This document shows, one piece after another, positions 53,536 to 63,666 of a stretch of DNA of 64,000 bases. The notes beneath the pieces were generated by a model that saw nothing but the letters and a program-made list of their open reading frames with translations, did no database searches and had not been told where the DNA came from. Each line of letters starts with the position of its first letter. Position 1 is the first letter of the stretch. Source of the stretch: Gammaproteobacteria bacterium (GTDB taxonomy: Bacteria; Pseudomonadota; Gammaproteobacteria; Arenicellales; Poriferihabitantaceae). The translations under genes and the position numbers were made by a program. The stretch is taken from contig JAPOSW010000094.1 of the NCBI GenBank assembly GCA_026709505.1, positions 9,657 through 73,656 of the forward strand, read 5' to 3'.

Positions 53536-53722
53536 ACCAATATTGCAGTGTGGTGCCAGCCAGTGTCTCGACGGCCAGATGGCGAACCATTCCTTTTTTT
53601 CAGAGTGCGAGGATGTGGCCGTATCGACAGTAGTAACGGGCAGATGAAAAGGTATAATTTCCCGAACCGGTGCTTTTGCTCTCAAATATCGGAATCACAT
53701 ATTTTCAACCAAGGAATAGTCC

Positions 53723-54691
53723 ATGGATATCAAGGTTAGACACAACTTCACACAGACGCTCAGAGATCATGGATGCCCGCCTCTGCGTCGGGCAAGACTT
53801 TCCGAACTGCAGATAAATACCGGTTACTTGTGCAATCAGGCCTGTGAACACTGCCATGTGGAAGCCGGTCCCAAACGGACTGAATTAATGACCTGGGAGA
53901 CCATGCAACGCATACTCGAATGGATTGATGACAACCATGTCGAATCGGTCGATATCACCGGTGGTGCACCCGAACTGAACCCCTGTTTCCGAATTTTTTG
54001 TGACGCTCTGAAATCCCGCAATATTGCCATTACAAGCCGATGCAACATCACGGTTCAGTTTGAGGAGGGGCAGGAAGATCTGGCGAGCTGGTATGCCGAA
54101 CGAAAGATTCGTCTGGTGTGCTCTCTGCCCTGCTACAGCCGAAAGAATGTTGATCAGCAGCGCGGCAAGGGCGTGTTTGACAAAAGCATTCAGGGGCTGT
54201 TGAATTTCAACCAGTACGGCTATGGAATTGACCCTGAGTTGACCCTTGATCTGGTATACAACCCAGTTGGGCCCTACCTGCCACCCAGCCAGTCATCACT
54301 TGAGATTGATTACAAGAAGGCCCTTTCAGAAGACTTCGGCATTGTATTCAATCGACTTCTGGCACTTACCAATCTGCCTGTCAAGCGTTTTCGCCATTTT
54401 CTGGAAAGAACCAACCAATTGGAAGACTATCAGCAGCTTCTATTGGAGAACTTCAATCCTCTTACCGTTGAGAACCTGATGTGTCGACATCTCATCAGCG
54501 TGGATTGGCAAGGACATGTCTATGACTGTGATTTTAACCAGATGATAGGCATGCATCCCGGAACAGGAAAACCCACCAAACTGTGGGAACTCGAGGCTAA
54601 CGGCCTGACCGACAACCTGATCCGGGTTGGCGAGCATTGCTATGGCTGCACTGCTGGCGCCGGCAGCAGTTGCGGCGGCACTCTGGACTAG
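53723..54691 (+). CDS. ArsS-family radical SAM protein (DUF3641 C-terminus), Cys form
   Basis: CNQACEHC, DITGGAPE, SLPCY, LMCR..YDCDFNQM, HCYGCTAGAGSSCGG. Confidence 0.88.
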   Translation: MDIKVRHNFTQTLRDHGCPPLRRARLSELQINTGYLCNQACEHCHVEAGPKRTELMTWETMQRILEWIDDNHVESVDITGGAPELNPCFRIFCDALKSRNIAITSRCNITVQFEEGQEDLASWYAERKIRLVCSLPCYSRKNVDQQRGKGVFDKSIQGLLNFNQYGYGIDPELTLDLVYNPVGPYLPPSQSSLEIDYKKALSEDFGIVFNRLLALTNLPVKRFRHFLERTNQLEDYQQLLLENFNPLTVENLMCRHLISVDWQGHVYDCDFNQMIGMHPGTGKPTKLWELEANGLTDNLIRVGEHCYGCTAGAGSSCGGTLD

Positions 54692-54707
54692 CCAAACCCT
54701 GTTGGGT

Positions 54708-55145
54708 CTATGCCTGGCTGAAAATCCAGAGCAACACGGCATATCTGGCCAGCTTGCCGAGAAAGATCATCAGCGAGCTTAACGCTACAGGCAACCTCAG
54801 ATAACCAGCCGCCAGGCAGAGCGGATCCCCCACCACCGGCAGCCAGGAAAACAATAGCGCGACCGGACCCCATTTCTCTACCCGAGCGAGTGCCCGGTCA
54901 TCAAGCTTGAAGCGCTGCTGGATTCTCTGGTGCCAGGACGTTTTCGACAGTCCCTTCTTGAGCAGCCACCCCAGCAGAAGCATGAGGCAGCCCCCTGCTG
55001 TATTGCCGAGCGTTGCAACGCTCAACAGGGCAAGCACGGAGTATTCATTCGACTCGTACAGGTAATAAAGCAGAAATTCAACCCCGAACGGGGCAAGTGT
55101 GGAGGCCAGCACTGAACCAAGGAATAAGCCAGCCAGTTCCATCAT
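54708..55145 (-). CDS. YqaA/DedA family membrane protein
   Basis: LASTLAP..E, ATLGNTAG, SWLPVVGDPLCLAAG, GKLARY. Confidence 0.9.
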   Translation of the reverse strand: MMELAGLFLGSVLASTLAPFGVEFLLYYLYESNEYSVLALLSVATLGNTAGGCLMLLLGWLLKKGLSKTSWHQRIQQRFKLDDRALARVEKWGPVALLFSWLPVVGDPLCLAAGYLRLPVALSSLMIFLGKLARYAVLLWIFSQA

Positions 55146-55220
55146 TTTTCGGACTGACAGTCCAAAAGTGCATCGCGGAACTCGGCGATCGTGATCACTG
55201 AAAGAAGCAGGCCGAATTGA

Positions 55221-55574
55221 TCAGAGCAGTAATTCGATAAAGGACGCTATGCCACGCGCAAATTCTGACTCGAGGGGAAATGACAGCATTCCCATGACTG
55301 AATATCCCAGTAACCATGGCATCAAGTAGAACCGTATCATGTAGAAAAACCAGGCTACATACAGAGGCACCAGACCCTGGACTAGAAAGCCTGGCGTAAT
55401 CGGCTTGAACAGTCGAATTAGTGGATCCGTATATTTCACGAAGACGCGCATGAAAAAGAAATTGCTGTCCTGGGGAAGGAATATCCCCATTCCGAAACGC
55501 CCGATCAGGGTCCACATGATCATTCCCATGATGTAGTCAAAGGTCAACAGCCATGCTGGAAATTCGGCATACAT
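55221..55574 (-). CDS. YggT-like membrane protein
   Basis: Hydrophobic; MWTLIGR..TDPLIRLF..ITP. Confidence 0.7.
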   Translation of the reverse strand: MYAEFPAWLLTFDYIMGMIMWTLIGRFGMGIFLPQDSNFFFMRVFVKYTDPLIRLFKPITPGFLVQGLVPLYVAWFFYMIRFYLMPWLLGYSVMGMLSFPLESEFARGIASFIELLL

Positions 55575-56029
55575 GATGAATGAGTCATTGGTCAAGGATT
55601 GAAGCCGCAATGCACCGAAGACACCAGTGCATGCTAGAGCGTAGTATAGTCAATTTCTTGAGTTGCTTGCATGATTGCGCAAGCTCTCCTCTAAATATGT
55701 CAGCAATGCTAACGTCAGAAACAAAATAGAAGCCATCAGGGTGGGCACGAGGGCAAAATCATCTCGCAAGTACCCCCCACATCCCGTCATCATGCTCATC
55801 AGATTAGCGCCATCGAGGCGTTGCTAGCCACGGCTGTTGATCGAAACCACCATGAATCGTATCACTGGGCATGGAGAGTGCCGAGAGCACATACACGGGT
55901 TAGGTCAAGCGGCAAGCAATGCCTACTCAGGCCATTCAGTCCTGAGAAGGGGGGTGTCTGTGATAGACCGTCAGCATGAAACGCTTCTGCAGTCATCAGG
56001 GATGAGAGTGCAGAGAGAGAGAGAAGAAG

Positions 56030-56067
56030 AAGAAAAGAAAAAAAACCGGGGGCTTGCCCCCGGTTTT
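56030..56067 (-). terminator. Rho-independent terminator after the symporter
   Basis: AAAACCGGGG-GCTTGC-CCCCGGTTTT-type stem (56042-56067) followed by a long U-rich tract on the minus strand. Confidence 0.85.
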
Positions 56068-56088
56068 ACGCACATTCAGAATCAGGAC

Positions 56089-57915
56089 TTACTTTGCAGT
56101 CTGAGTCTCAATTACAGTCTTGCCAACCGGTACACGGGTATCGTCTACCATAGCCTGGATTTCCGCATCCGGTTCTGGAGTCATCAGAGAGACAACAACC
56201 ATGCAAACCAGGCTGACTGGCATTCCGATGATGCCGAATCGCAGATGGTCGATGCCAATCCATGGATCCATTCCGGCGAACCTGACCATGTACAGATACC
56301 ATGTCCCGGCCACGAATCCGCCAATCATGCCGGCTATTGCACCCTGACGATTCGCTCGCTTCCACCAGATACCCAGTACGATCGGGAACAGCAATCCAGA
56401 GCAGGCGAAATCGAACGCCCATGCAACCGCGCCCAGAATACTAGTCAGTTTCAAGCTGGCAACAAATGCACCTGCCGCCCCTATAATCAGCAACAAGGCG
56501 CGGGCAACCAGAAGCCGCTTCTTGGTTTCTGCATTCGGATCAATGATCTTGTAGTAGAGGTCATGCGAGAGTGCGTTCGCAATAGCCAAAAGCAGACCGT
56601 CTGCCGTTGACATCGCTGCCGCCATGCCGCCTGCTGCGACAAGTCCGGAAATAACGTAGGGCAACCCTGCAATCTCCGGTGTTGCAAGTACCACGATATC
56701 GCCGCGCATGAAGAACTCGTTCAACTGCAGGATTCCATCGCCATTGGCATCGATAACCTGTAGAAATCCAACATTGCTCCATTTCTGAACCCATTCAAGC
56801 GAGTTGACTTCGGTGATCGACTTGCCAATGAGACTGGTTGCCAGATTTGGATCCAGTATCTGCAGTTTCACGAAGGTCGCAAGGGCGGGAGCCGTGCAGT
56901 ACAGCAAGAAGATGAAGAACAGGGACCATGCAACAGATTGACGCGCGGCTTTGACAGAAGGCGTCGTGAAATAACGCATCAGAATGTGGGGAAGCGAGGC
57001 TGTGCCTGCCATCATGCACAATACCAATGTCACAAACTTCCAGCTAGCCAACACGCCCTGACCGGCTTCCGCGTAAGGAACGGTCAAGGCCCTCAGACCC
57101 CCTGCCGCACCGCTTACTGCTTCAAGGGTGCCTAGGCCATGCAACTGCTCAAGCTCAGTGATTCGGGCTACGGCATCGCCGTAAACCAGTTGGGGAATCA
57201 ATCCAAAGCCCTGCTTGTTTGACATCCAGAACACCGGTACAAGATAAGCAATGATCAGCACAATGTACTGGGCAACCTGTGTCCAGGTGACCGCACGCAT
57301 GCCTCCCAGCATCGAACAAAGCAAGATGCCCAACAGTCCGAACCAAACCCCGACTTCAAACGGAATCTGCAGGGCGCGGGATGCGATGGTGCCGGTTGCA
57401 TTGATCTGAGCTGTCACATAAGTGAATGAAGCCACAACAAGGATGACTACCGCGCAGAAACGACTGAGCTTTCCGCCATAACGCGTTCCGATGAAATCGG
57501 GAACCGTATAGCAGCCGAACTTGCGCAAATAGGGAGCCATCAGTGAAGCAACAAGGATGTAGCCACCCGTCCATCCAACTACGAACGCAAGGTAACCGTG
57601 GCCGCCGAAGTAGATACCGCCGGCCATTGCTACAAACGAGGCCCCGGACATCCAGTCCGCCGCAGTTGCCATGCCATTGAATACGGTGGGCACCTGTCTG
57701 CCTGCCACATAGTAGGCACCAACTTCCATGGTTCGTGACAAGAATCCTATCGCCGCATAAATGAATACTGTGAAAGCCACGAACAGGATGCCGATGGTGT
57801 CAGCACCCACCCCCATCTGCTCAAGGATCGCCATCAAGATGACAAACAGGAGGAATCCTCCGGTGTAAGTGCCGTAAATCTTGGGCAGGTTGCTAATAAA
57901 ATCGCCTTTAAACAT
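56089..57915 (-). CDS. Sodium:solute symporter, ActP/VC_2705-like
   Basis: NGMATAADWMSGASF, GTASLPHILMRYFT, AAAMSTADGLL; start MFKG at 57915. Confidence 0.93.
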   Translation of the reverse strand: MFKGDFISNLPKIYGTYTGGFLLFVILMAILEQMGVGADTIGILFVAFTVFIYAAIGFLSRTMEVGAYYVAGRQVPTVFNGMATAADWMSGASFVAMAGGIYFGGHGYLAFVVGWTGGYILVASLMAPYLRKFGCYTVPDFIGTRYGGKLSRFCAVVILVVASFTYVTAQINATGTIASRALQIPFEVGVWFGLLGILLCSMLGGMRAVTWTQVAQYIVLIIAYLVPVFWMSNKQGFGLIPQLVYGDAVARITELEQLHGLGTLEAVSGAAGGLRALTVPYAEAGQGVLASWKFVTLVLCMMAGTASLPHILMRYFTTPSVKAARQSVAWSLFFIFLLYCTAPALATFVKLQILDPNLATSLIGKSITEVNSLEWVQKWSNVGFLQVIDANGDGILQLNEFFMRGDIVVLATPEIAGLPYVISGLVAAGGMAAAMSTADGLLLAIANALSHDLYYKIIDPNAETKKRLLVARALLLIIGAAGAFVASLKLTSILGAVAWAFDFACSGLLFPIVLGIWWKRANRQGAIAGMIGGFVAGTWYLYMVRFAGMDPWIGIDHLRFGIIGMPVSLVCMVVVSLMTPEPDAEIQAMVDDTRVPVGKTVIETQTAK

Positions 57916-57919
57916 TTTC

Positions 57920-58180
57920 TTATTCCTCCTCGGCAAATCCATATTGCAGGTCGATCTTATGCTGTGCACGAGCGAACCAGAAAATAATTATGACAAAAGC
58001 AACTTCCGAACCTTGCGCTGCCATGTAGAATCCCAGCGGAAACCCCAGGAAAGAAAACGCATTCAACGCGTCTGCAAACCAATGGACTACAAAGGAGAAA
58101 AATGCCCATAACGACAAAGTAATGATCATTAGGCGCTTAGTGCTTTGCCAATGCATCAACCTATTATCGGCTTCATTCAT
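57920..58180 (-). CDS. DUF4212 small membrane partner of the symporter
   Basis: GFPLGFYMAAQGS motif, 2 TM, directly upstream of the symporter. Confidence 0.9.
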   Translation of the reverse strand: MNEADNRLMHWQSTKRLMIITLSLWAFFSFVVHWFADALNAFSFLGFPLGFYMAAQGSEVAFVIIIFWFARAQHKIDLQYGFAEEE

Positions 58181-58366
58181 AAAATAACCTCCGATTGAGT
58201 TATGTATGTCGGACCAGCGTCATCGGCGCCAAATCCGTTTCTGTTCTTTATTGACTTTTTTCTGAATAGAACATAATGCGTATAATACTCTTCTTGTGAG
58301 TCAATGTCATATTAATTTTTCATTAAGGAAAGATTAAGTTTATGTTCAGAAAACACAAGATTACGG

Positions 58367-59119
58367 ATGAATCATTACAATAACTCCCCCATTGAATCGT
58401 TTTCGGCGCTTCAATTGTGGGCCAGGCACAACATCAAGTTACTGTTTTCAAAGAATACATGGATCACCTTTGGTGAGTACATCGGGCTCGGGCGCCCGGT
58501 CAGCAACCAGCCCATCACTGCCTTTCATGAATTAGCTGCCTTTGTAGCCAGCCGATCCAGCCATGTAGCCCAAAGCACACTCTATGGGTACTTGAAGACT
58601 CGTGCAGGCACGCGCTTTCCTACGCTGTTTGAAAACAAGGACATGCTGGCATCCATTAACCTGGCAAAATGGCATGTCTATGCTGCATGCATCTCTGATC
58701 TAGCCGCCTATATGGGAGTTTTGCTGCATCATAGAACCGGGGCGGAGAATGCCAGAATTGTCCAGCTGATGAATCAAGTCGTCGAACAGATCATTGAAGA
58801 TATTGGCATGCCGGAAGAAGCCGGAGATGATCTCGGCGAATCATTCGAGGCCATGAAAATTCGTATTGCAAATATGGACTTTACCGCCCATGAAGACGGC
58901 GAAGACCTGTTTTCGGTGAGCCCGGGCGCGCTCTATCGATGGGCACCGATTGCACATAATCTCAAGCGTTTTGACAAAATCCCGGTAGAGAATTCCGTGC
59001 GCTTCAAATGGAAGGACGTTCGAGACAGGGCTCGAGCGCTTCTGGATGCGGAAACGCTGCTCAGCAACCAGCATCCTGATTGGTCAAGCCGGACAGAATC
59101 GCAGCTTAACCGCCAGTAA
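58367..59119 (+). CDS. Hypothetical protein
   Basis: 250-aa ORF with normal composition; AQSTLYGYLKTRAGTRFP looks like a conserved block, function unknown. Confidence 0.7.
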   Translation: MNHYNNSPIESFSALQLWARHNIKLLFSKNTWITFGEYIGLGRPVSNQPITAFHELAAFVASRSSHVAQSTLYGYLKTRAGTRFPTLFENKDMLASINLAKWHVYAACISDLAAYMGVLLHHRTGAENARIVQLMNQVVEQIIEDIGMPEEAGDDLGESFEAMKIRIANMDFTAHEDGEDLFSVSPGALYRWAPIAHNLKRFDKIPVENSVRFKWKDVRDRARALLDAETLLSNQHPDWSSRTESQLNRQ

Positions 59120-59222
59120 AACAGTCCTGTTCCAACATGATTGTGTAATTGAACAACGAGGATAAGCGGCAAGCACGTCAGCAAGCAGACCACTCCACGG
59201 ACTCTGGACTATCACCCTCAAT

Positions 59223-60272
59223 TCATGCGGCCGCGGGATGCTTGCATCGCATGTGTATGGCTTGAATCGCACCCTCAAGCTCATTGGACAGCTTTATATC
59301 AATGCTATCGATATTCTGCTTCAGTTGATCCAGGTTTGTAGCACCGATGATGTTCGAGGTAACAAACGGCCGGGTATTTACAAAAGCCAGAGCCATGTCA
59401 ACCGGATCCAGGGAGTGGTTCTGGGCAAGCTGGGCGTACTGAACGATGCATTGCTTGGCCTGTTCGCTCTCATATCGCGTCAGGAAATTCGGAAACAGCG
59501 CTTTGCGACTGCCCCCTGGAATTTTGCCGTCAATGTACTTGCCGCTCAAGGATCCCATCGCAAGGGGTGAATAAGCCAGCAGGCCAATGTCTTCACGGAA
59601 GGCATACTCGCTCAATCCATGCTCGTAAACCCGGTTGAGCAGGCTGTAGGAATTCTGGATCGATACGATCCGCTTGCATCCCTGTTTGCTGGCTTCAAGA
59701 TACTGGCTGATACCCCAAGGAGTTTCATTGGACACTCCGACACGCCGCACCTTCCCGGAATCGACCAGTTCAGTCATGGTTTGCATGGTCTCAAGTATAG
59801 GCGTCTCCTCTTCCGTCTGCTTGTGCACATAAGATGCACCGGCTTCGCCCCATAATCCCAGTCTGCGATCCGGCCAGTGAATCTGATAGAGATCAATGTA
59901 GTCGGTATTCAGTCTTTCCAGACTGCCATTGATGGCTTCAATGATTTGCGTTCGATTAACGCGAGTTTCGCGCCCTTCTCGAATCCATAACCGGTCACTT
60001 CTGCCTGTAACCTTGGTTGCCAGCACAACATCATGCCGCCGTCTTGTCCGCCTGAACCAATCTCCAATGCAGCGCTCCGTTTCACCCTGAGTCTCCTTGC
60101 GAGGCGGCACGGGGTACATCTCGGCGGCATCCCAGAAATTGACTCCGCGCTCAAGGGCATAATCCATTTGGGCCAGCGCCTCTTCCCGGGTATTTTGCTC
60201 GCCCCAAGTCATGGTCCCAAGGCAAATCAAGCTAACATCAATTCCTGAATCTCCCAATTTGCAGTATTTCAT
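59223..60272 (-). CDS. tas: Tas-like NADP(H) aldo/keto reductase
   Basis: LGTMTWGEQN, DAAEMYP, DLYQIHWP, GVSNETPWG, LLAYSPL. Confidence 0.93.
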   Translation of the reverse strand: MKYCKLGDSGIDVSLICLGTMTWGEQNTREEALAQMDYALERGVNFWDAAEMYPVPPRKETQGETERCIGDWFRRTRRRHDVVLATKVTGRSDRLWIREGRETRVNRTQIIEAINGSLERLNTDYIDLYQIHWPDRRLGLWGEAGASYVHKQTEEETPILETMQTMTELVDSGKVRRVGVSNETPWGISQYLEASKQGCKRIVSIQNSYSLLNRVYEHGLSEYAFREDIGLLAYSPLAMGSLSGKYIDGKIPGGSRKALFPNFLTRYESEQAKQCIVQYAQLAQNHSLDPVDMALAFVNTRPFVTSNIIGATNLDQLKQNIDSIDIKLSNELEGAIQAIHMRCKHPAAA

Positions 60273-60454
60273 GCTTTCTCCGTAATTTGTTATGATTGTG
60301 AATATTTCCGCAGGTTCCGTATTTTACTGCCTGTACCTGTCTGGCAGATTCCCGATTAAGATCCGAGCATATCGCAATTATCGACCTGCCACAGCGCTGA
60401 CCAGCCATGCCAAATTGAGATATTATTGTCACCTCGCTCTTGCCTTTCATCTGC

Positions 60455-61243
60455 ATGATTACATCAGAAGAAACAATAAGCCAATTCAAGCAGTCTGGAG
60501 CCGCTGTTCTGCGCGGATATTTCAAGGATTGGGTCGAGCCGTTGCGCGAAGGTATCGAAAAGAATCTGGCATCACCGGGTCCATACGTTCGTGATTACAC
60601 CGATTCCGCACAAGGCCGTTTCTTTGGTGATTATTGCAATTGGCAACGCATTGATGAATATCGCGACTTCCTTTTCAAATCTCCAGCCGCCAAGATTGCC
60701 CGCGAACTCATGGGCAGTCAAAACGTCAGGCTGTTTCATGAACATGTATTGATCAAGGAACCCGGAACCTCAATACCGACACCCTGGCATCATGACCAGC
60801 CCTACTATTGTGTGGATGGTCAACAAAACTGCAGCCTATGGCTAGCGCTCGATCGCATACCGCGCGAGGCATCGCTGGAATTTGTTGCTGCGTCTCATCG
60901 ACTGAATAAAATGTTCCAGCCCGAGCGGTTTGACAAAAGCCCGCTTTATGAAGATTCTAAATACGCAACAATGCCTGACATTGATGCTGAACGCGATTCG
61001 TATGATATTCTGAGCTGGGAGCTTGAAAGCGGTGATGCCGTGGCCTTCCATTTTCTGACCCTGCATAGTGCTCCGGGCAATCGCTCTGCTGATCGTAGAA
61101 GGCGCGCTATTTCCAGTCGCTGGATTGGCGATGATGCGGTGTTTGCGGTCCGGGAAGGAAAAACGTCGCCGCCTTTTCCGAATTGCCGCCTTCAGCATGG
61201 CGAGCCCATGGACGGCGATGACTTTCCGTTGATTCCAGTTTAA
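60455..61243 (+). CDS. PhyH-family Fe(II)/2OG dioxygenase
   Basis: TPWHHDQPY, SLWLALD, GDAVAFHFLTLH, RRRA. Confidence 0.9.
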   Translation: MITSEETISQFKQSGAAVLRGYFKDWVEPLREGIEKNLASPGPYVRDYTDSAQGRFFGDYCNWQRIDEYRDFLFKSPAAKIARELMGSQNVRLFHEHVLIKEPGTSIPTPWHHDQPYYCVDGQQNCSLWLALDRIPREASLEFVAASHRLNKMFQPERFDKSPLYEDSKYATMPDIDAERDSYDILSWELESGDAVAFHFLTLHSAPGNRSADRRRRAISSRWIGDDAVFAVREGKTSPPFPNCRLQHGEPMDGDDFPLIPV

Positions 61244-61249
61244 GAACAG

Positions 61250-62173
61250 TCAGTGGGGGTTCTTCTGGTCAGAGTGCTTATGGGGAGGAATCGGGGGCGA
61301 TGCATCAAAGATCATGCTGTCGGCATTCAAGGCACAGAACTGTCGACTTTTTGCTCGAGCGACCAAGGTAACTCCCAACTCAACCGCGAGTTCATAGCCC
61401 ATGTTTGTGGTCCCGTTTCTAGATACCAGAACCGGGATTCCCATAAGGGCTGACTTCATGACGATTTCCGATGTAAGCCGACCTGTGGTATAGAAGATCT
61501 TGTCATGTCCGGGCATGCTGTTCAACCACATCTCGCCAGAAATCGTATCCATGGCATTGTGCCGCCCGACATCTTCGACAAACATCAGCACTTCTCCTGC
61601 CCGGCATAGCCCGCAACCGTGCACGGAACCGGCTGCACGATAGGCCTTGTTGTAGTCCTTGACGCGATTCAGTACCTCGTAAATTTCAGACTGCCTCAGT
61701 GTAGTCTTGGGCAAGCGGTGCTCATACAGCTTGTCCAAAGTGCAGCTTAGTATTGTGCCCTGACCGCATCCGGTGGTTACTGTCTTGCGCGAGGTATCGA
61801 AGCCTTGGAGGCCTTTGCCATCGCGGGTGGTGACCTCAGCGAGTTCACGGTCCCAATCCACCTTGACGGACTTGATCTGACCCGGTTGTTCAAACAGTGC
61901 CTGATTTCTGAGATATCCCAAAACCAGCAGTTCCGGTTGGCTTCCCAAGGTCATCAAAGTTACCAGTTCTTCGCCATCGACCTTGATTGTGAGCGGCAGT
62001 TCATCCACTATATTGATCTGCTGGTCAATGCCATACTGATTCTTGGAATCCACCTGATGGATGGACTCCAGACCTTCATTAGTGAGTGCTGGCAACAAGC
62101 CAATACTGGGGTCAGGACTGCTGTAGCGGGTTTGCTCAACAGAAACTTCCGAGGACGATGCGGTTCGTGTCAT
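61250..62173 (-). CDS. fdhD: Formate dehydrogenase accessory sulfurtransferase
   Basis: TTGCGQG, GSVHGC, EDVGRHNAMD, TGRLTSE. Confidence 0.94.
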   Translation of the reverse strand: MTRTASSSEVSVEQTRYSSPDPSIGLLPALTNEGLESIHQVDSKNQYGIDQQINIVDELPLTIKVDGEELVTLMTLGSQPELLVLGYLRNQALFEQPGQIKSVKVDWDRELAEVTTRDGKGLQGFDTSRKTVTTGCGQGTILSCTLDKLYEHRLPKTTLRQSEIYEVLNRVKDYNKAYRAAGSVHGCGLCRAGEVLMFVEDVGRHNAMDTISGEMWLNSMPGHDKIFYTTGRLTSEIVMKSALMGIPVLVSRNGTTNMGYELAVELGVTLVARAKSRQFCALNADSMIFDASPPIPPHKHSDQKNPH

Positions 62174-62394
62174 AATAGAAGAGAAGCCAAGCGCTAAATT
62201 TCGTTAGTTGGTGACTTGTCCCGTGTTAATAAAGGAAAATTAAGGTGTCCAAGCAGCCAGACTGTTTCAGGATATTTTATTGATTTTAGCATTATCAACG
62301 AATATTGATACAAGTATCAGTAATTTTTACTTTTTGTTGCCTCATCCTGTTGACTTGAATTGTTGCAGGCTCATGTCTGTTGGTCAAAGAAATC

Positions 62395-62925
62395 ATGTCT
62401 GACATCCAATTTGAAGCCTCTGAACGTGAAGTTGTCATACCGGTTTCGGTGGTGCTTCAGAGAAAACTGGATTCGGAAAGTCCCTGGGGACTGCCTCAAT
62501 GGTCGGCTTACGCCATCATTTGCGAAAACAAGTCCGGTGCGGCGGCAGACAAGGTGCTGATTCATGATGACGGCACTTATGTTCGATATCTCTGGACCGG
62601 CATGTCCGTTCACTTGTATAAGGACGGAAATGAGGGGTATTGGTACAACCTGCTTTCAGACAAGCCTTACTTGTTTGTTGTATGTGATGGCAGTCCGAAT
62701 GACATGGAAATAGAACCGGTATTTGTGACCGCAAATCAGGACGAGGCTACCGGTGACATGGAGGCAGAACGAATCGTGCTTGAGATTGCAATGCCCGACA
62801 AAATGCACAATATCGTCGAGCGATACGTGGTTACCCACTATGTTCCCGAAGTAAAGAAAAAGCGCAAACGCAAAGACTGGCTGAGTGAATCCGAATATGT
62901 CAAAAAAACAGACAACAGAATCTGA
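62395..62925 (+). CDS. DUF3305 family protein
   Basis: LYKDGNEGYWYNL..P.LFV..VTANQDEA..KKRKR; FDH-cluster context. Confidence 0.85.
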   Translation: MSDIQFEASEREVVIPVSVVLQRKLDSESPWGLPQWSAYAIICENKSGAAADKVLIHDDGTYVRYLWTGMSVHLYKDGNEGYWYNLLSDKPYLFVVCDGSPNDMEIEPVFVTANQDEATGDMEAERIVLEIAMPDKMHNIVERYVVTHYVPEVKKKRKRKDWLSESEYVKKTDNRI

Positions 62926-63487
62926 CCAGGAAGCCTTCCTGTCTCGTTGGTCTAGACTCAAGGCAGAGCATGCCGAACAGGCTTCTGAAAAAGAGCTTGC
63001 CAAAACAGAAGCCACAGGTCAACCGGATTCTGAAGACAGCACAGAATCTGATGAAGAGACCCGAGTTCTCACCGATGAGGATATGCCCCCTATCGAAAGT
63101 CTTGATGCGAACAGCGACTATTCTGTATTCATGTCAAAAGGAGTCAGCGAAAACCTGCGTCGCATGGCTCTTCGAAAACTTTTCTCTCAGGGTGTTTTCA
63201 ATATCCGGGACGGCCTAGATGATTATGACGACGACTTCACAACATTTGAATCTCTGGGCGATTTGGTCACCTCGGACATGAAACACCGTGAAGAGATGAA
63301 GGAGAAAGTCAAGCAGCGAGAGCTTGATGAAAGGAAACGGGAAGCGGCTGGTGACGATGGGTCGGCATCCGATGCAGCTGAGAGTGAGGTCGTAACAGAT
63401 ACCGTGGATGAGAACGAACCGGAGGCAGATACAACCGATGATCAGACCGACCCTGACAACAGCAGGGATGACAATCCACACCCCTAA
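62897..63487 (+). CDS. DUF3306 family protein
   Basis: FLSRWSRLK, LRRMALRKLF, DGLDDYDDDF. Confidence 0.88.
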   Translation: MSKKQTTESDQEAFLSRWSRLKAEHAEQASEKELAKTEATGQPDSEDSTESDEETRVLTDEDMPPIESLDANSDYSVFMSKGVSENLRRMALRKLFSQGVFNIRDGLDDYDDDFTTFESLGDLVTSDMKHREEMKEKVKQRELDERKREAAGDDGSASDAAESEVVTDTVDENEPEADTTDDQTDPDNSRDDNPHP

Positions 63488-63666
63488 TCCTCCTCACTTC
63501 TTCACGCTCTTAATACAAACCCGGTTTGGCCATCATTCAGGAATGCGACATCACCTCAATTTCACGCCTTCGCCCTGCCCTTGACTTCATGCCTTGATAA
63601 GGCATTGCAAGTCCTGAGCACGCACAGAATCATGACCTGCTACCCATCTGATGCTATGATTACTCC

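Noticed and set aside
55837-56610. 257-aa plus-strand ORF
   Set aside because: Mostly antisense shadow of the symporter and runs through the terminator and microsatellite; no protein-like motifs.
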